Shown piece by piece: positions 11,519-25,800 of a stretch of DNA of 64,000 nt. The notes beneath the pieces are model-generated. The model saw nothing but the letters and a program-made list of their open reading frames with translations. It did not search any database and was not told where the DNA came from. Where the stretch lies: assembly GCA_900088475.1 (NCBI GenBank), contig FLMG01000972.1:1-64000 (forward strand). Direction: 5' to 3'. Position numbers and translations under genes: made by a program. Source of the DNA: Hyphochytrium catenoides (taxonomy: Eukaryota > Protista > Hyphochytriomycota). The stretch's first letter is position 1, and each line of letters starts with the position of its first letter.

Positions 11519-13534
11519 CTCTTTCCAACGTCACTGTCTTAAAGTGCATAGACCAGCTGCTCTAACAGCACGGGCGAAGCTCTAAGCCAGTATAGCGCAG
11601 CAATCCTTCAAGCTTCTCGCTAGGACGCGCCCACAAGTGATGCAGTCTACAAAGAGATAGAGAGAATGATGCTCGTCTGATAGTGCGGTTCGTGGTGATC
11701 ACTGATCAAAGAAGGTCCTGGGTCCTCGTGTGAAGAGGTGGAAAGGAAGTGACAGTGTCTGAACGAAAGGGAGCGACGACAAGGGAAGGGAGGCTCACTT
11801 TAGAAGAACTGAAGTCCAAGAAAGAGTGCAAGCCAAGGAGCAAAAGTGCATCTTTGGCCTTGCCCATAAACGCTGATGGACAAGGCAGAGAGAAAAGAAG
11901 AGGAGGTTTCCCTGCACTGTTGGAGCCGCTTGGACTAGGAAGGACATTGAAGTGGCTTGCAAGTGTAAGGCCAAAGAGGCCTGGAGGCGATGAGGGCTTG
12001 AGGAGAGAGAGAGAGAGAAATAACTTCATCAAATGCTATGACCCAACCAAGACAGAGTAAGGGCTACACATCAGACAGATGTGGCGAGAGAGGGAACCTA
12101 CCGAGGATAAATGCTTAGAAAGGAGAGAGACAGAGACCAGACACAGAGAGGGAAATTCGAGACAAGAGAGAGAAAGAAGAGAGAGAGAGAGAGAGAGAAA
12201 AGCCTCAAATGATTGTGGATGGCCGGGCCATCAAAAAGCAAACGAGAGACAGGATCTTGTCCCAAAGATAGACATGATAGCTGTGAGGAAGAGTGGCTAG
12301 TTATGTGAGACAGAGTGAAACAATAGAGGCACAGAGGACGACTGTTTCTAATCAAAGACAAAAGACAGACTGGCAAAGAGAGAGACACATCATCTCAGAG
12401 AGAGAGAAGGCCAACCAAAAAGAGAGGGACATGCCAGAAAAAAATCGAGGTCAGACAGGCTTTTGTGGCCAAAGGAAGACAGACAGGACATAAGGAGCTG
12501 TCAGAAGGCGGAGTATTATTGGATAGTATAGCAACTAATAGCTCTATTATGAGGCTTGAGCGGTCTAGAATCAGGTACAAAGGTCAGAGGTCCCCCACGA
12601 GGATGGTGATATGGGAACCGAAGACAGCCAAACCCACCAAGAAAGTTCTGCTTGCTTTTGCATAAAATTTGATTTTGAAAAACAAACAGCAGATGTTTAA
12701 AAATAAATAAACTTCGTATTTACCTCTGCTATGTTCTTTGTTTGTCTTGTGATGATTTTATAAAAAGGCATATATTTAATCCCACCAATCAGACAAGCTT
12801 GTTTTATTCCTCCCATCCACATTTATTCATAAATTACATAAAGATATTATTGAGGTCAATTTTACCGAAGAGACACATTCCGGCCGTCTGGGAGGAAGAA
12901 GGAAAAAGAAGGAATGACATTCTTGACAGGGGGAAGACGACGATAGTGCGATCCTTTCCCTCCTTTCCCTCGTCTCCCGCTGCAAAAAATATTGGCTGCA
13001 GCCTGTTACTGCCGCGCAAGGACAAACAGTGGAGGCGTGGGCGTTCGTCATCCGCCAGATTTCCTGGTCGTCGAGTCCTGCTCGACCATAAGTATGCATT
13101 GGGGTTGAGGCGGCCCCCAGGCCATCATCTTATCCGTCATCCCTTTTCTCCAAAATGATAAGCAACTAGTGTGACTAGGAAGTGTCCAAAGAGTTGCTGA
13201 GGCTGAAGAATGAGCTCTTACGTGCCCGTTGTATGTGGCGTCCTTTCATAACAGAGTTTAAGAGGTGGCAGCTGATATGGTAAATTGCATGTTGTACCCT
13301 TAGCGATGGCTGCTGCGTGGCTCTTCCACACTATTATCAACGGAGGAAGAACGCATTGGTGAAGACATTGAGACGTCATAACCCTTTGCAAGTCTACTTT
13401 ACCTGAACCTGTAGATGGTGGGATAGGGAGACTGGTGACCTCGCCTGGTGCCCAAAAAAAAGTCTAAAAGGAGCTAAACGCCTGCTTAAAACCAACGATA
13501 ACAGCCACAGACCAGTCCGAGAAGACAGACTTCT

Positions 13535-15736
13535 TTATGCTTTCAGGTTCTGCTCTTCGTTATGCCCAAACAAGAGCACACTGGTTTTAGATGTGCCTAC
13601 AAGCTCTACTAGCTTGTCTCCGCAATATTCTCTTCTTTGTATGCACCAGAAGCTGACGCCCTGCGCCTCTATTAGGTCCCGCTCTTGCAGTACTCTAGGA
13701 CGTGAGGAATCCAGCTGCTCACAGACAAAGTCCCCTGATAGCTGAAGGAGAAGAAGAGAATGATCAGGTTAGTACACGAGGAGTTGATAGTACGTAGTAG
13801 GCACTTCCACTACTACCGCACTACTCGGAATCTTTGGCTATCTTTCTTTGATAACCCTGATTTATAAGCTATGCTCTCCCTCTCACTTGTGTCCTCGATT
13901 GTTCTCTTCCTCAACAACTACCGCCGCACTTAATCCCCTTGGAGATGTCCACCTAAGCTGCCACGGCAAACTTAGATCATCCGTGCTTCTTTCAACTTCT
14001 CACGGCCCAAGAGCGTCATACCAAATATTGTGAGAGCCTACTCTCAAACCTCTGTCTGACGGCATAGACATCTTCCTCCTTCTCGTCTTTGTCCTTTAGA
14101 TGAAGAAGGAGCATCCTATCCTTTGGAGACATCAGTGCCGCTACATGCTGCATTGTTATCTCTAAGTGTGTGACCGCTCTAAGCACGATTGCGAAGGTAC
14201 TGCTCTGTGCAGACTCATCAATGTTCCAGCCCTTGACCACAAGTACGGGAACCTTTGCATGAAGAAGTATATGCTTGGTGGTGCTTCCTGAAGGGGACCA
14301 CAGTGATCAGAAATCAGGCAGCGGATAGAGGTGTGGGAAAAAATATCCATGACAGTGAAACGTGAATAATCTTTATAGACGACACGGGCGCGGGACCCAG
14401 AAGCCCTTGAACAGCAAAGAGCTTAATGGAGGAGCCTTGTAAAAAGCAAATAATGCAGGAACATCAGCATTACCGATGGTTTTCCCACGGGGTCCTGATG
14501 CTCCATAAGAGCCCAAAACGAGTAGACAGTCGGGTTGGCCTTGTCGCTTTGCAATGACATCAAGTATAACCGCTTTCTGTGACTGCCCCGGTTCACAAGG
14601 CAGATTTTGGAAGGACAGGATGCCCTCCCTAAGCTTTTCAGTCTTTATCCTCTCTAGATAATCTGGGAGGCGCGAATTGCTTAAGTCCAGGAAACTCACA
14701 AAAGTGAATGAGTCGGGTAACGCAGACTGAGATAGGGGGCCACTCGTTCACAGATCTCAAAGAGTGATACGCACAAGTGACATGTTGAAATCTACAGCAG
14801 TATCTTGAACATGATGACGGAGACAAAGCAGAGTGCCCAAGAGACGTGGTCCTCAATCAGGAGCCGGCTTTCAAGGGCAGAAAAAAAGAACATGACGTCT
14901 CTTAGATGATTGGTGTCCTATTGATAACACGTAAGGCGCACCTTGCTCTATAAACGTTGAGGAGAAAATATCTGATCGTCCATCCTGGGTCTCTGGCGTC
15001 GCCGTGAAAGCGTGGATTACCCGGATACTTCCATGCCGTCGCAGCTTCAATGCAGTGCTCCAGGCGAGGTGAGAGTGACCTAGGTGTGAGCTCTAAGAGT
15101 TTGAAAATGCCTTCCTATATGCAACGTGCTTGTATAGACATGTGTCTCGTCAGTCAAGTTTTACTTACGGGAGCCATCCGTTAGCACCAGAAAATTAAAG
15201 AGCTGTAAGGGCTTTCGCGTAACCCCTACATGAGGAGCGATCAGATGCGCCTTCTTGGAGGAATGTTCGCCTCGGATCACGCTATCTGTTGTCTGAGCCT
15301 ACCAGTAAGAAGTCTTCGATATACAGTGCTTAGCCTCTCGTATAGTGCGAGAAGACATACGGAACCAGTTTCTCTCACAGCTTCCTCGGTAAGGACTCCA
15401 CTGTCAAACGAGTGTAAGAACATATCTGCAACTTCATTGTTCAAATAGTGGAGATCTAGCTCGTCTATTTTCCGCAGGCACTCTTCGTAGTTTTCCTCCA
15501 ATACTGTCATTGCGGCAGGATATAGTGAACCCAGCGGGACCTATATCATAGTGCAAAGACTAACTCTTAGAGATGAATGAAGACCATGGAGAAGGGTGAG
15601 GTACCTTGTAGATCCGGCAATGGTTGCCAACGTGCAAAGGAGGCACTTCAGTGAGATTGCCATAGGTCTCTATGAGCGTGCGCTGTACAAGAGAAGGTTT
15701 TTGGATTTCTGCAAGCTTGACAATCTCTAGATTCAT
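13535..15736 (-). CDS. Multi-exon protein with probable tandem universal-stress-protein (USP)-like domains; 5' end uncertain and may extend toward ~16800
   Basis: Exons give FNFLVLTDGS (USP beta1 'ILVAVDGS'-like), ILDVIAKRQGQPDCLLVLGSYGASG...TIG (USP 'DLLVMGSxGxxG...G' nucleotide motif) and a second unit, FAIVLRAVTHLEITMQHVAALMSPKDRMLLLHLK. The last exon LSGDFVCEQ...NLKA* is in frame. Confidence 0.5.
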
Positions 15737-16886
15737 TTCGGATTCCCTTGGTGGATGTGAAAGCTTGGTAAGAGTTTTGACTCCCGAAGGATAAGCCAGC
15801 CACTAATGGCGAGAGTTGTTTCACGTTTCGCCTGCTCCCAAGGCGATCACAGCCACCTGCAAATGGGTCCTAATGGGTCCGTCAGTCCCAGCAAAGCAGC
15901 TCTCCATTCGTGTCAGTATCTTCATTCATCGCCAGTCCTCGTGACTTCTTGGGGCCACGGGCCACGTTATCTCATAAGACAACATGTCAAATCCCAGTGA
16001 ATCGGCACAAGAGCGGCGACAAGAAAGCTAGATCATCGTAAGTCATGATTGAGTCAAGGTTATCAGTCCTGAGGTAGTGCCTATACAGCAAGCTACCTTT
16101 CGAAGAGGACAGAGTAACGGACTGTCCGTAGATGAAGGTGGAGCTGTATAGGACCTGTACACTTCTGCACAACAACAACACATATAGTGTAGTTCTACAC
16201 TGTGCCTTGTACAAGCACTACGGGTGAGTGTGATGATGAATGAGGAAGTCGGACGGAATAATTTATTTCAAGGGGTCAATAGAAAGAGTGACGGTGGTGA
16301 TTACCATCTATCGAATCCACTACTGATAACCACAAACTGGTCCTTCATTCGCGAAACGTCACAGAGGAGTGTGGGAGGGGGGTGTCTGGAGGGCGGAGCA
16401 TCGGCATCAGCATCCACGGTGACAGTGAGAAGCAGCAGCGTCTCTGGCAGCCCGCGTCGGCTGCCTCTCGCTCCTCCCTGCCTTCTCCCTCGCCATCTCT
16501 TTCTCCTCTTCTTCGCGCTTCGCGGTCAGTTCTTCTTCTTTATGAGTCTCTGGCTCTAATTTAGTCTCTTTCGGTCGCCTACCTGTGTTAATAAGGCCAT
16601 GCCTCATAATATGGTTGATACTCTCTCTTAATAAGGCATCTGCCCACTCGCTATGAACTCTTCTTGTCCATCTTTTCTGACGGTGAGGTGGGTGCCGACA
16701 AAAAGAAATTGTTTGGGAAGCACTATATTGCACTATGCACTTCCTTGAAGGAGGAGAAAAGCAGAGGAAAGGCACCTCCACGACGGTCTGGTCGGGTTCC
16801 ACCGTATGGGGCTCCCATAATGCTTCTAAGAATGTAGAGTAGGAGAGACGCTAGGGTTGCCGCCCCGAATCCACCACTCTCGCAAA

Positions 16887-19800
16887 ATGGCCAGCGGACC
16901 GACGAAACCCAGTGGTTTGCAGTATCTCCAGTTCCTAAGGGATGAAGCTGCAGCACTTGAGACGCCATCTAGGAGGTCGGGTGTGGCCAGCATAGGAAGC
17001 GGAAGAGGAAGAGGAGCTGGGACTCCTGGATTACCTGGAAAGAAGAAGCATAATAGGAATGTTGATCATCAAATATCTCCACCACAGCTCAATGAAAAAA
17101 GAGGAGGAGAGAAACTACTGGAGAATGAACAGAACCGTAGTAGCAAAGATTGTCGATCTCCTGCAGCCAAGAAGCCAAGGTAAGCCAAGGGAGAGTTGGT
17201 TCTCCCACTTTACCTCCATCTTCGCAGTGTTGCTCTATCTTCCATTAGCTTGCTGTGGTCATTGCCGCGAGTGGTGCTTAATAAACGTTTCTGACCTTAT
17301 ACTTGATGTTACATTCCTTATGTCCTGTCCTTAACGTCTCTTCCACTGAAGGTCAATGCCATCGTCCTCCATGGAGCTCCTAACAACAATCAAGACTAAA
17401 CTAGTGAAGCCGCTGAAAGAGAACAAAGATGTTCAGGATGAAACTCACCTCAATCTTCCCTCTTCCCAACTGCGGTACGTCGTGTTTCGTGACTGCTCTA
17501 ATATTGGCCAGTGAAGACCTTATAAGGATGCACTAACTCTCTTATTCCTCGCCCCGAACATACCTCTCTTCCATCCCCCTTATGCTCTCTTACCGCTCGT
17601 TCCTACTTCTCTTTCCAATCCATTTGTTGCCCCCCTAAATCCTCCGTTATCTCTCACGTACGTGCAGTCGACATGAGGAAAGAGTGGTCTCTCTACTGGA
17701 AGATGTGCATGCCGCGCTTAGGGCTAAAAGGTATTCATCGTCACTACTTGTCACTCCCACACACCTCTTATCATGTGTACCTCTAATATTCTACGGTTCA
17801 CTTCTTTCCATCTAAACCCTTCGGCTTTCTGTTCGTCGCATTGGACGGTGGTAGACAAAAGACCGGAAAGCCGGAGGACCTATTGGAAGGCGGAAGAACA
17901 ACAACAGAAAGCCAACAAAGATATAGTCAGGGCAAAGCGCCCAAGCATTCTGGGAACAAAGAGGAGGTACTAGCCCCTGAAAGGAATGCAGACCTTTCTG
18001 CATACCTTCTTCGGAAAATTCTTGTCCACCGTCAACCTTGTCCTTGATTATTGTCACATCTGCAATGTCATGTTGACCTTGGCGTTCCTTCTTTCGCAGC
18101 AGCTGCCGTCAATCCCCTCATCAACCGCGCTGGACGTGGGACTGGTAACTCCCAGGGACGCTGTAGATGAGCTGCCCCAAGAGCTATTCTCGCTCTTTCC
18201 AACGGGAGACCCCCAGCCAGCCGTCGACCTAACGGACTGGGCCTGGAACATTCTAGAGGGGGCTGTGCTAATTAAGGCAGCCTCTTATCTCAGCCCACAC
18301 GTTACCTCTATCACCTTGCCGGGGCTATCTGAAGAAGTGCAAATGTCTGGTATGGCACCACTTTGCTTTGCCTTATCTTGGTTGACCCATGTCCCGTTTC
18401 CTTTAGCTTCTCGTCTCCACAATCCTTTCATCTTGTTGCTCTCTTTCTTTCTGCGAAAGTGGATCACAATGAGGTAGTTCTTGACATCTCCACCCTATTC
18501 GTCACATGCGACTGGTCCTTTTGTAGCAGTGAGCGTATCCATCACTCTCTGTCATCGTTGCTTTAACGGCCACCTCCCTTCCTTACTTTTGGAGTCTCTC
18601 GTCTTCTTCTTCTCCAACTCCTCTGTCGGCCCATCCATCTTCTCTGTATCACCTATTATTGAGGTGAGGATGTCCTTTGTTCGCGCTCCTCACTTCCTGT
18701 GCGTTGCTGCCTCACACTGCTGCCAGCTGTTACAAGCTTCCTACTGGCCGCTCCAAACCTGTCACATCTGGATCTCTCCCGTTGCAGAGTGAGAAATATG
18801 GTAAGGGCCATTGTTGTGAGATGTACAGCAGAGAGTTAGGAGGAAGGCCGTGGGACAGATAACATATAGCGAGGAGAACAGAGAAGCATCGCAAAGGCAC
18901 TGATCTCGTTGGCGTTTACCATCACTACCTTCTCTCCCTCAGGCTTCGCAAGTCATGCTGTTAACAACCAATCTACCACGACTCTCTTCCTTCCGGTTAT
19001 CTGGCTGTGACTTTGTCAATGAAAGTAAGTCGTCCTCCTTTGCATCCTTCCCAACCTTGAATGGGAAGACACAGCCAATTCGTATCACTTACATTATGTA
19101 TGCCAAACTGATTGCACAACCGCAGAGACCTTGCGAAGTATTGTTTCATCTGGTGTCTGTCTCACGGTCTTAGACATATCGGAGTGCCACAATATCGGCC
19201 CGGGGAGTTTAGGAGCATTGGGCTCGAAGCTAACCTCGCTTCGACTCTTGAACGTATCGGGATGCAGTCTTGAAGAAGCAGAGGTGAGCATATAAAGAGA
19301 ACCGACTAATGTCGCCCTAAATTCAAAAGATCTCTGGATAACCTCTCTTGTTGTCCTCTGTCTCTTAACCCTTGCGGACCTGGACATCGCTGCCATAGAT
19401 CTGTGAGGTCATTGTCGCTAACCGAGGGAGCCTTCAAGACTTTGCAGCGGCACGCTGCGACTGGGTAAAACTACTACCGTCACCCTACACGCTCTCTATT
19501 CTACATGTTACTTTTTTTACTCCTTTCTCCGCTAACCCTTTCCATCACCGGAGTTTGGCGGCTCCATGCCATCAACCTCTTCTTTGACTCTGGATCCTCT
19601 GACTCCTTCGGTCTTCTCACTATTTGTTCCAGGTCACTGATGATACACTGGCTGCGTTAGGAGAGTGCAAGCGGGTCATCAAGGCAAACCTCTCCTATTG
19701 TACCAAGATAACAGACCAAGGGGTAACAGCTACGCCAGCCGCCACACAGCTTCCTTTTCCTTTTCCGATCCTTTCGCACTTCCGTCTAAAGATATGAGCT

Positions 19801-22800
19801 TCAGATCTCTCTTCCGCCCTACCCTCACCCTATCGTCTGAATATTGTCTCCTAGGTTGAGTGCTTGGCCCAAATACCCGTGGTATACGGCTCAAGGAGAC
19901 ACCAAGCGTTCTTACATGCCGAGTGCCTTGACTTGACGGGCTGCGATGCACTTTCTGGAGTTTCCCTGAGCTGGTAAGCGTCGGTTATGCGGGCCCTTGG
20001 CGGCTGCGTCTCTGTTTGATGGTGCCATCCTGTCTACGATTTCCCTCTTTCAATTCAATCTTGCCTATCTGTTCCCTCGTCGCTTCTTTCTGCCGGGCGG
20101 AGATTTGCTATGTAATGGATTCATGAGAACTCACGTCGTACTGGCAAGGATCTCTGCCGCAGCACCCGCTCTGATATCTCTTAGAGTTGGAGGAGGTCTG
20201 TTGCTGGACAGTGGAGGGGTGGGCGCACTGTGCAGTCTCCGCGGACTGAAAGAGCTCCTACTCCATCACAGCCAAGGGCTTGATGACAGGTAGACCATGA
20301 GGAATCACGCAAGTCACGGAGAGAGAGGAGAGAAAGAAAGGGATTTGTAAGGGAGAGAGACGTACGAAGAGCTCGCGACCCCTCCTCGCTCGGCCGTAGC
20401 GGAGGCAGTGGTCAAAGGCAAATTGATAGGCGTGATGGCCTTCGCCCGATCGCTTGTTACTGCTTAAACAGCCAGCCCTTTGATGGGCATAGAGTGTTGG
20501 CCTCTGATTAATCAGCTCAAAACCCGTGGTCTCACGCGATTCTTCGTTTACTGTCTATTTCTGGCGATGCATTCATTGTGCACGGTGCCTCATATCTTCA
20601 CAGGGCAATCCAAAGACTCTTCTCCGATTCGGACGGAGGCCTTCTTTGCTCGCTCCAGACTTTGGACATCTCCTTCTGCTCTTTGGTGACAGGACAGAGC
20701 CTTTCTTCCTCTTTTGCCTCTTTGCCTTCCTCCTCTCCCTCTTCCATCGTTGAGCTCGTAATGAACGAGATTGGGGAGGTGCAAGAAGACCAACTGATTA
20801 TCATATGCAAGGCTCTTCCCGCTGTGGAAAGGGCAGAGCTACAAGGTTCCCACGCCGTTCCACCTCTACTCTCTCTCTCCTCTCTCTGTCAGAGGTCCAT
20901 GACTTTCTTTCAGCTTCCGTTGCCCCATCTCCTCTTCCAGCCTTTTTGCCTCCTCTCAAGGGCCGTCTTCATTGTCTCTCTCTTTTCGGAGATCATTCCC
21001 TACTACTGGGCTTATCGCCTCTTTGCTTTTTGTTTAGGGTGTTCGGGGGTCACGACACGGTCACTTACAGTCCTTGCTCGACGGTGGCGGCGCACTCTGC
21101 GCAGTTTAAGGCTCTCACAATGCCCGCATCTCCACCCCGAGGGGCTGCAGGCCCTACGTCCGCTCTCCGCTCTCTACGACCTAGACGTCTCAGGGTGCAA
21201 AGAGCTCCATGGAAGCTTTCCTCAATCTTTGCCAGATAGTCTCAGGGTCCTGGCATGCAAAGGTGAGTGAGCGGGAGGCAAAAAGGAAAAGCTGGATAGA
21301 AGATGGTCAACCCAAAATATGATCAATAGGTGCCTTCTTTCCTCTTGCGGCCAGTCAATGGACTGTGCTAAGCCATGTAAACCCACGACCTTGCTCTTTC
21401 TGCGTCTCTCTTCTTACGTCCATTGCGCCGTCCTTTGTCTCTTGTGGTTACCCTCGGCTAACTCCTCTTGGTCCTTCTAGGTCTAACATGTTTGGGAGAC
21501 GAGTTTCTCTCTTTCCTTCCTGCTTCCAGTGGTTTAGAGAGGCTCGACCTCAGTGGCTGTCAGACCATAACTTCGAAGTTTCTGGATGTTCTCTGCTCTT
21601 CTCATCCTCTTCTTACTGCCGCAGTCCATCGTACCTCAGGGAAAGAAGAGAGAGATGGAGCAAAAGAAGACGTAGAAGAGAGCGATAACGATTTTGCAAA
21701 AGCGTCCTTTGGTGGTCAGGACCTCATTGAACTCAATCTCTGGGGTTGTTCTGAGGTCTCTGAGTCCTCTCTGAAAAAATGTGTAGAGGCCATGAGAAGA
21801 AGAGAGAGAGAAAGGGCCACGATGCAGACAAAGATTGGGAGACAAGCAGGAAGAGCGGAGCAAGAGGAGAGAGGTGCAAGGTTTATCGCCTTCTGCAAGA
21901 TTGAAGACGAGCGTTTCTATGGGATTAGAGCTCATAGACAACTAAGGCTGCAGGAAACGTTCTGGCGGAGCTGCACCAAGCAGAAGAAAGCAGCCACAAT
22001 CATAACGGCAGCGGTACTGTCAGAATCCTTTTCCTGTTCTCGCCATAACAACCTAGAGGGTGCATATCGCTTTATATCCCACTGCTCTGAGTTCATTACG
22101 GCTCTCATCTTAGATATAATTAGGATTTACCTGGATAGCTCCCCGTCCGCAACTGCTTCCTCTCTCCTTCTCTTTCCCGGTTCCTCAAGTTGACATTACC
22201 ACCCGATGACTCCTTTCGTCTGCTCAATGCCAGGTACGCAAGTTCCTTGCCACGCAAAGAGAGGCCAGACGAAGGAGACGGGAGGGCCTCCTACAGCGCA
22301 AGGCCTCTACTGCCATCCAGGCCGCGTGGAGAGGCTACAGAGAGAGAAAGAGGATACGGAGGACAAGAACCAACATATCGTTTGTTTCTTCTCTGATCAT
22401 CTTCTATCTTAATAGCCGACGGTACCTTGGTAAAAAGCGCAAAGCCCTCGCTTTCTCAAGACACAGTGCTTTGCGGAGTGCTTTTCGGCAATGGAAGCGG
22501 AGAACTGAGCAGCAGCTCGCAGAGAAGGGAGAGAGACTAATGAGAGACTTGGAGGAGAAGGCGGACGCCTTTCGTGTCTCCTCGCTCCTTTCCAGTCACT
22601 TTCGCGCTATCTCCCTTTATGTAAAGGCCAAGGGGATGCGCAAGAAGAAAGCTGTTCTCTTCTGGAAGAAAAGACGAGTGCCCCATCTTCTGTCAGCGTG
22701 GAGAGCTCTGTCCCTTAGCTCTGCTCAACAAAGAGAGAAACAGAGGCACATTCTGCTCCTTGTTGTCCCGTTAGACTGGTGGAACTCAACCCGTCAAGGA

Positions 22801-25800
22801 GAGACTTATACAGAGAGAGCTTTTCGACTATATCGCCGAATTCTTTTCAAAAGATGGAAGAGAGATGCGAAGTATGCCAGAGGAAGGAGACTAATGAAAG
22901 GTAGAAGACACCTCTTTCCCTATCCTCTTGCTCCTCTATTATTCTCTACTTAAGAGCTGCCTTGAAGCTCTTAGTACTTACCACCTCTCTCCTCTTCTCC
23001 GCGGGATTTTTGACTTCTTACTTTCTTCTCTACTACTCTTTTCCTTCTCTTGCCTTTCTCTTCTCTTGCTCCATCGATACAGGGATGCGAGACGCACAAT
23101 TTCGCTACTTCAGACGATGGAGAGAGTATGCGGAGAGGAAGAAGCAGCACAGGATGAAAGTGGCAAGAAGTTGGAATAAGATTCTTCGAGCACAGCAGTT
23201 CAGAGTAAGTGGGGGGAAAGAGGTCATCTTCTCCTGCATCTCTCATTCTGTTCCTGCCTCTCTCTCTCCGCTTCTTCTTTCCTTTCTCTCTCTCTCTCCT
23301 TCTTTCTCTCTCTCTCTTATCTATCGGTTGTTGATCATTTGGACCCGGCTCTTGCTGCGTTGCCACCATTTCTGCCTAATCGGACTCTTGTCTTTCTCTC
23401 CGCTCGATAAGAGGGGGCCTACATTGTCCCTCTCCTGGTCGCTCACTTCTCTACCAGCTATGGTGTTTCTCTCTTCTTCTTTTGTCTAGTTGTTCTACCT
23501 CATTCTACTGAGTATCATGTCCGCCACATCTTTCAGTAGCTGAACCTCTCTACTCTTTTCTGTGTTGCCCTGATTTCCTTCTTCTGCTCTTCTGTTATAG
23601 TGCTGGACTGCTTGGAAAGACTTCGTGGGCGAGCAGAAGAGGAATCGCCGAGCACTTGCATTCTTTCGCCAAAGGGCAGAGAAGGATAGCGTGAGGCGAT
23701 GGAAACAGTTCACTAGGGAAGAAAAGGAGAGAAGAGCCCAGGAGAGAGAAGCAGAAAGAGTAGTGCGTCATTTGAGAGAAAACATTGCTGTTGGCCATTG
23801 GAAGACTTGGGCGATGGAGAGAGGAAGAGTCAAGAGGAAAGTGAGGGCCACGCTGTCCCTTATATTCCATCGGACACTCTGCAATACCTTTAAAGCCTGG
23901 AGGACAGTGCTTGAGGATCGAGCAGAGAGAGAAAGAGTTCTCGCGAAGCGATGGCAAGAGAAGGAGTTGAAAAGGCTCCTCAAGACCTGGGTCAGTCATC
24001 TGGAACATGTTTGTCTTTGCTCCGTTTCTCATATGCTCCGGGTTTTCTCATTGGATGGCCTCCTCTTGCTCTCTCTCTCTCTCTCTTCCTAATCTGTCTC
24101 ACTTCGCTCTCTCCTGCTCTCTCTCTCTCCTTTTCTCTCTCTCTCTTTCTTTTGCTCTCTTTCTCTCTGGCTTTCACCGTCGCCTTCTATCTGGTAGAAT
24201 CTTGGCACCGTTCTGGTTCTCATATCCCCTTCTTGTTCTTGACCGTACCAATGGATCTCATATTCTCCCGTGCCAGGACTCTTTCCTGTGCTTACGAGCA
24301 GATTTCCACGTCGGAGCCATGCAGCTCCAAGCTTTCTGGCGAGGGGTGATAGGAAGGAGATACGCAGAGAATTACTATCTAGAGAGAACTTGGGCAGCAG
24401 TTGTGTTCCAGACTATCTGGAGGGGTAGAAGAGCAAGGAGAGAGAGAGAGAAAAAGAAGAGGGAGAGAAGGCTGCAAGACTATCTCGCTCAAGAAAGAGA
24501 GCAAGACAAGATGGAGAAAGAAGAAGAGCGAATATGGGAGTATCTTAGATTTGAGCGAAAGGTTGCCGTGATACAAGCGTTATGGAGAAGGAGAGAGGCA
24601 CGTAGGCGTTACTATCGAGCTATTGAAGAGCAGAAGAGGCGCCAGAGAGAGAAAGAGATGGAGGAGAAGAAAGAGATACTGCGGAAGCTCGAAGAGAAGA
24701 AGGTAGGAGGAGACGACAATAGATTGAGCAGCAAAATGAGGGCTCTCTCTTACCCTTTCCTTCCTTCTCTTCCTCTCTGTCAGCTGCGGCTGGAACGCAT
24801 GGAGAAACTTAAGCATGTTGCCGTGATAGAGGTGCAAAGAGTGGTGAGAGGGTTCCTGGGACGGAGAAGAGCGCAGAGACTGCGGGAGGACTACTTCGAA
24901 TCGCAGTGCGCCGCGATGCTACAGGCCGCCTACAGAGGCAGGATCGTCAGAAGGTTGCCCTCTTATAGTTCTTCTCTCGGTCCCTCCTCGTTGTGGCAGT
25001 TGATGGTCTTGATCTTCATCTCTCTCTATTCTCTCTCTCTCTCTTCATCTCTCTCTCTCACTCTCTCGCTCTCCCTCTCTCTCTCGCTCTCGCTCTGTCT
25101 CTCCCTCTCTCTCTCTCTCTCCTTTGCTGTCACTTTCGCTAGTCAAACTGACCACACTGCCCTCTCTGCGTCCCGTCTGCAGAGCCGTCTACGCCAAGAG
25201 GCGACATCGAGTTACCATGCTGCAAGTGGTTCAGAGTCGAAGAGAAGAGGCAACAATTCTCCGAACCATCGGCGCCAAGGACAGGAAGGGGCAAAGCCTT
25301 GTCCGTTCGTTCTTTGACTCGGTCGGGGCGTCTCCTGAGTCTTTCACCTTTGGCGCTAAGAAAATCCTACGGGACGTAATGGCTGACTACAAGTTCTTCC
25401 GGCGGTGTCTTGAGGAAGAGCTCGAAGTTCTGAGGGAAGGGCTCTTCTCAAAGAGAAGGAGGACTGCCGTGAGAGAGAAATGGAGAAAGGAAGAAGAGGA
25501 GGAAGGACAGGTCCTTCCAAACACTGCTGTCAGAGTAATAATCAGAGGTCATCCTAGGGAAGGAGAGACTGGTAAGATCTCTCCCCTAACTTACGTCCTC
25601 CTTGATGTCTCGCTTCCCCTGCCTGCCTGGGCTTCAGCAACAATATCAGCATCTTCTTATATTCCTCGCTGCCTTACGACCGATTCGCCCGCTGACGCCA
25701 CTAGCCGTCTATCTTCGTCGTTCTCAGGGTATGTTCTTCGTGTGGACATGCGGTCTCGTCCTCCTCTGGCTGAGGTCCGAATGGACAGCGATGGAGAGGT

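Noticed and set aside
11600-13400. Short ORFs and an AT-rich patch between the CLC and USP-like genes
   Set aside because: No family motifs, transposon hallmarks or coherent splice structure.
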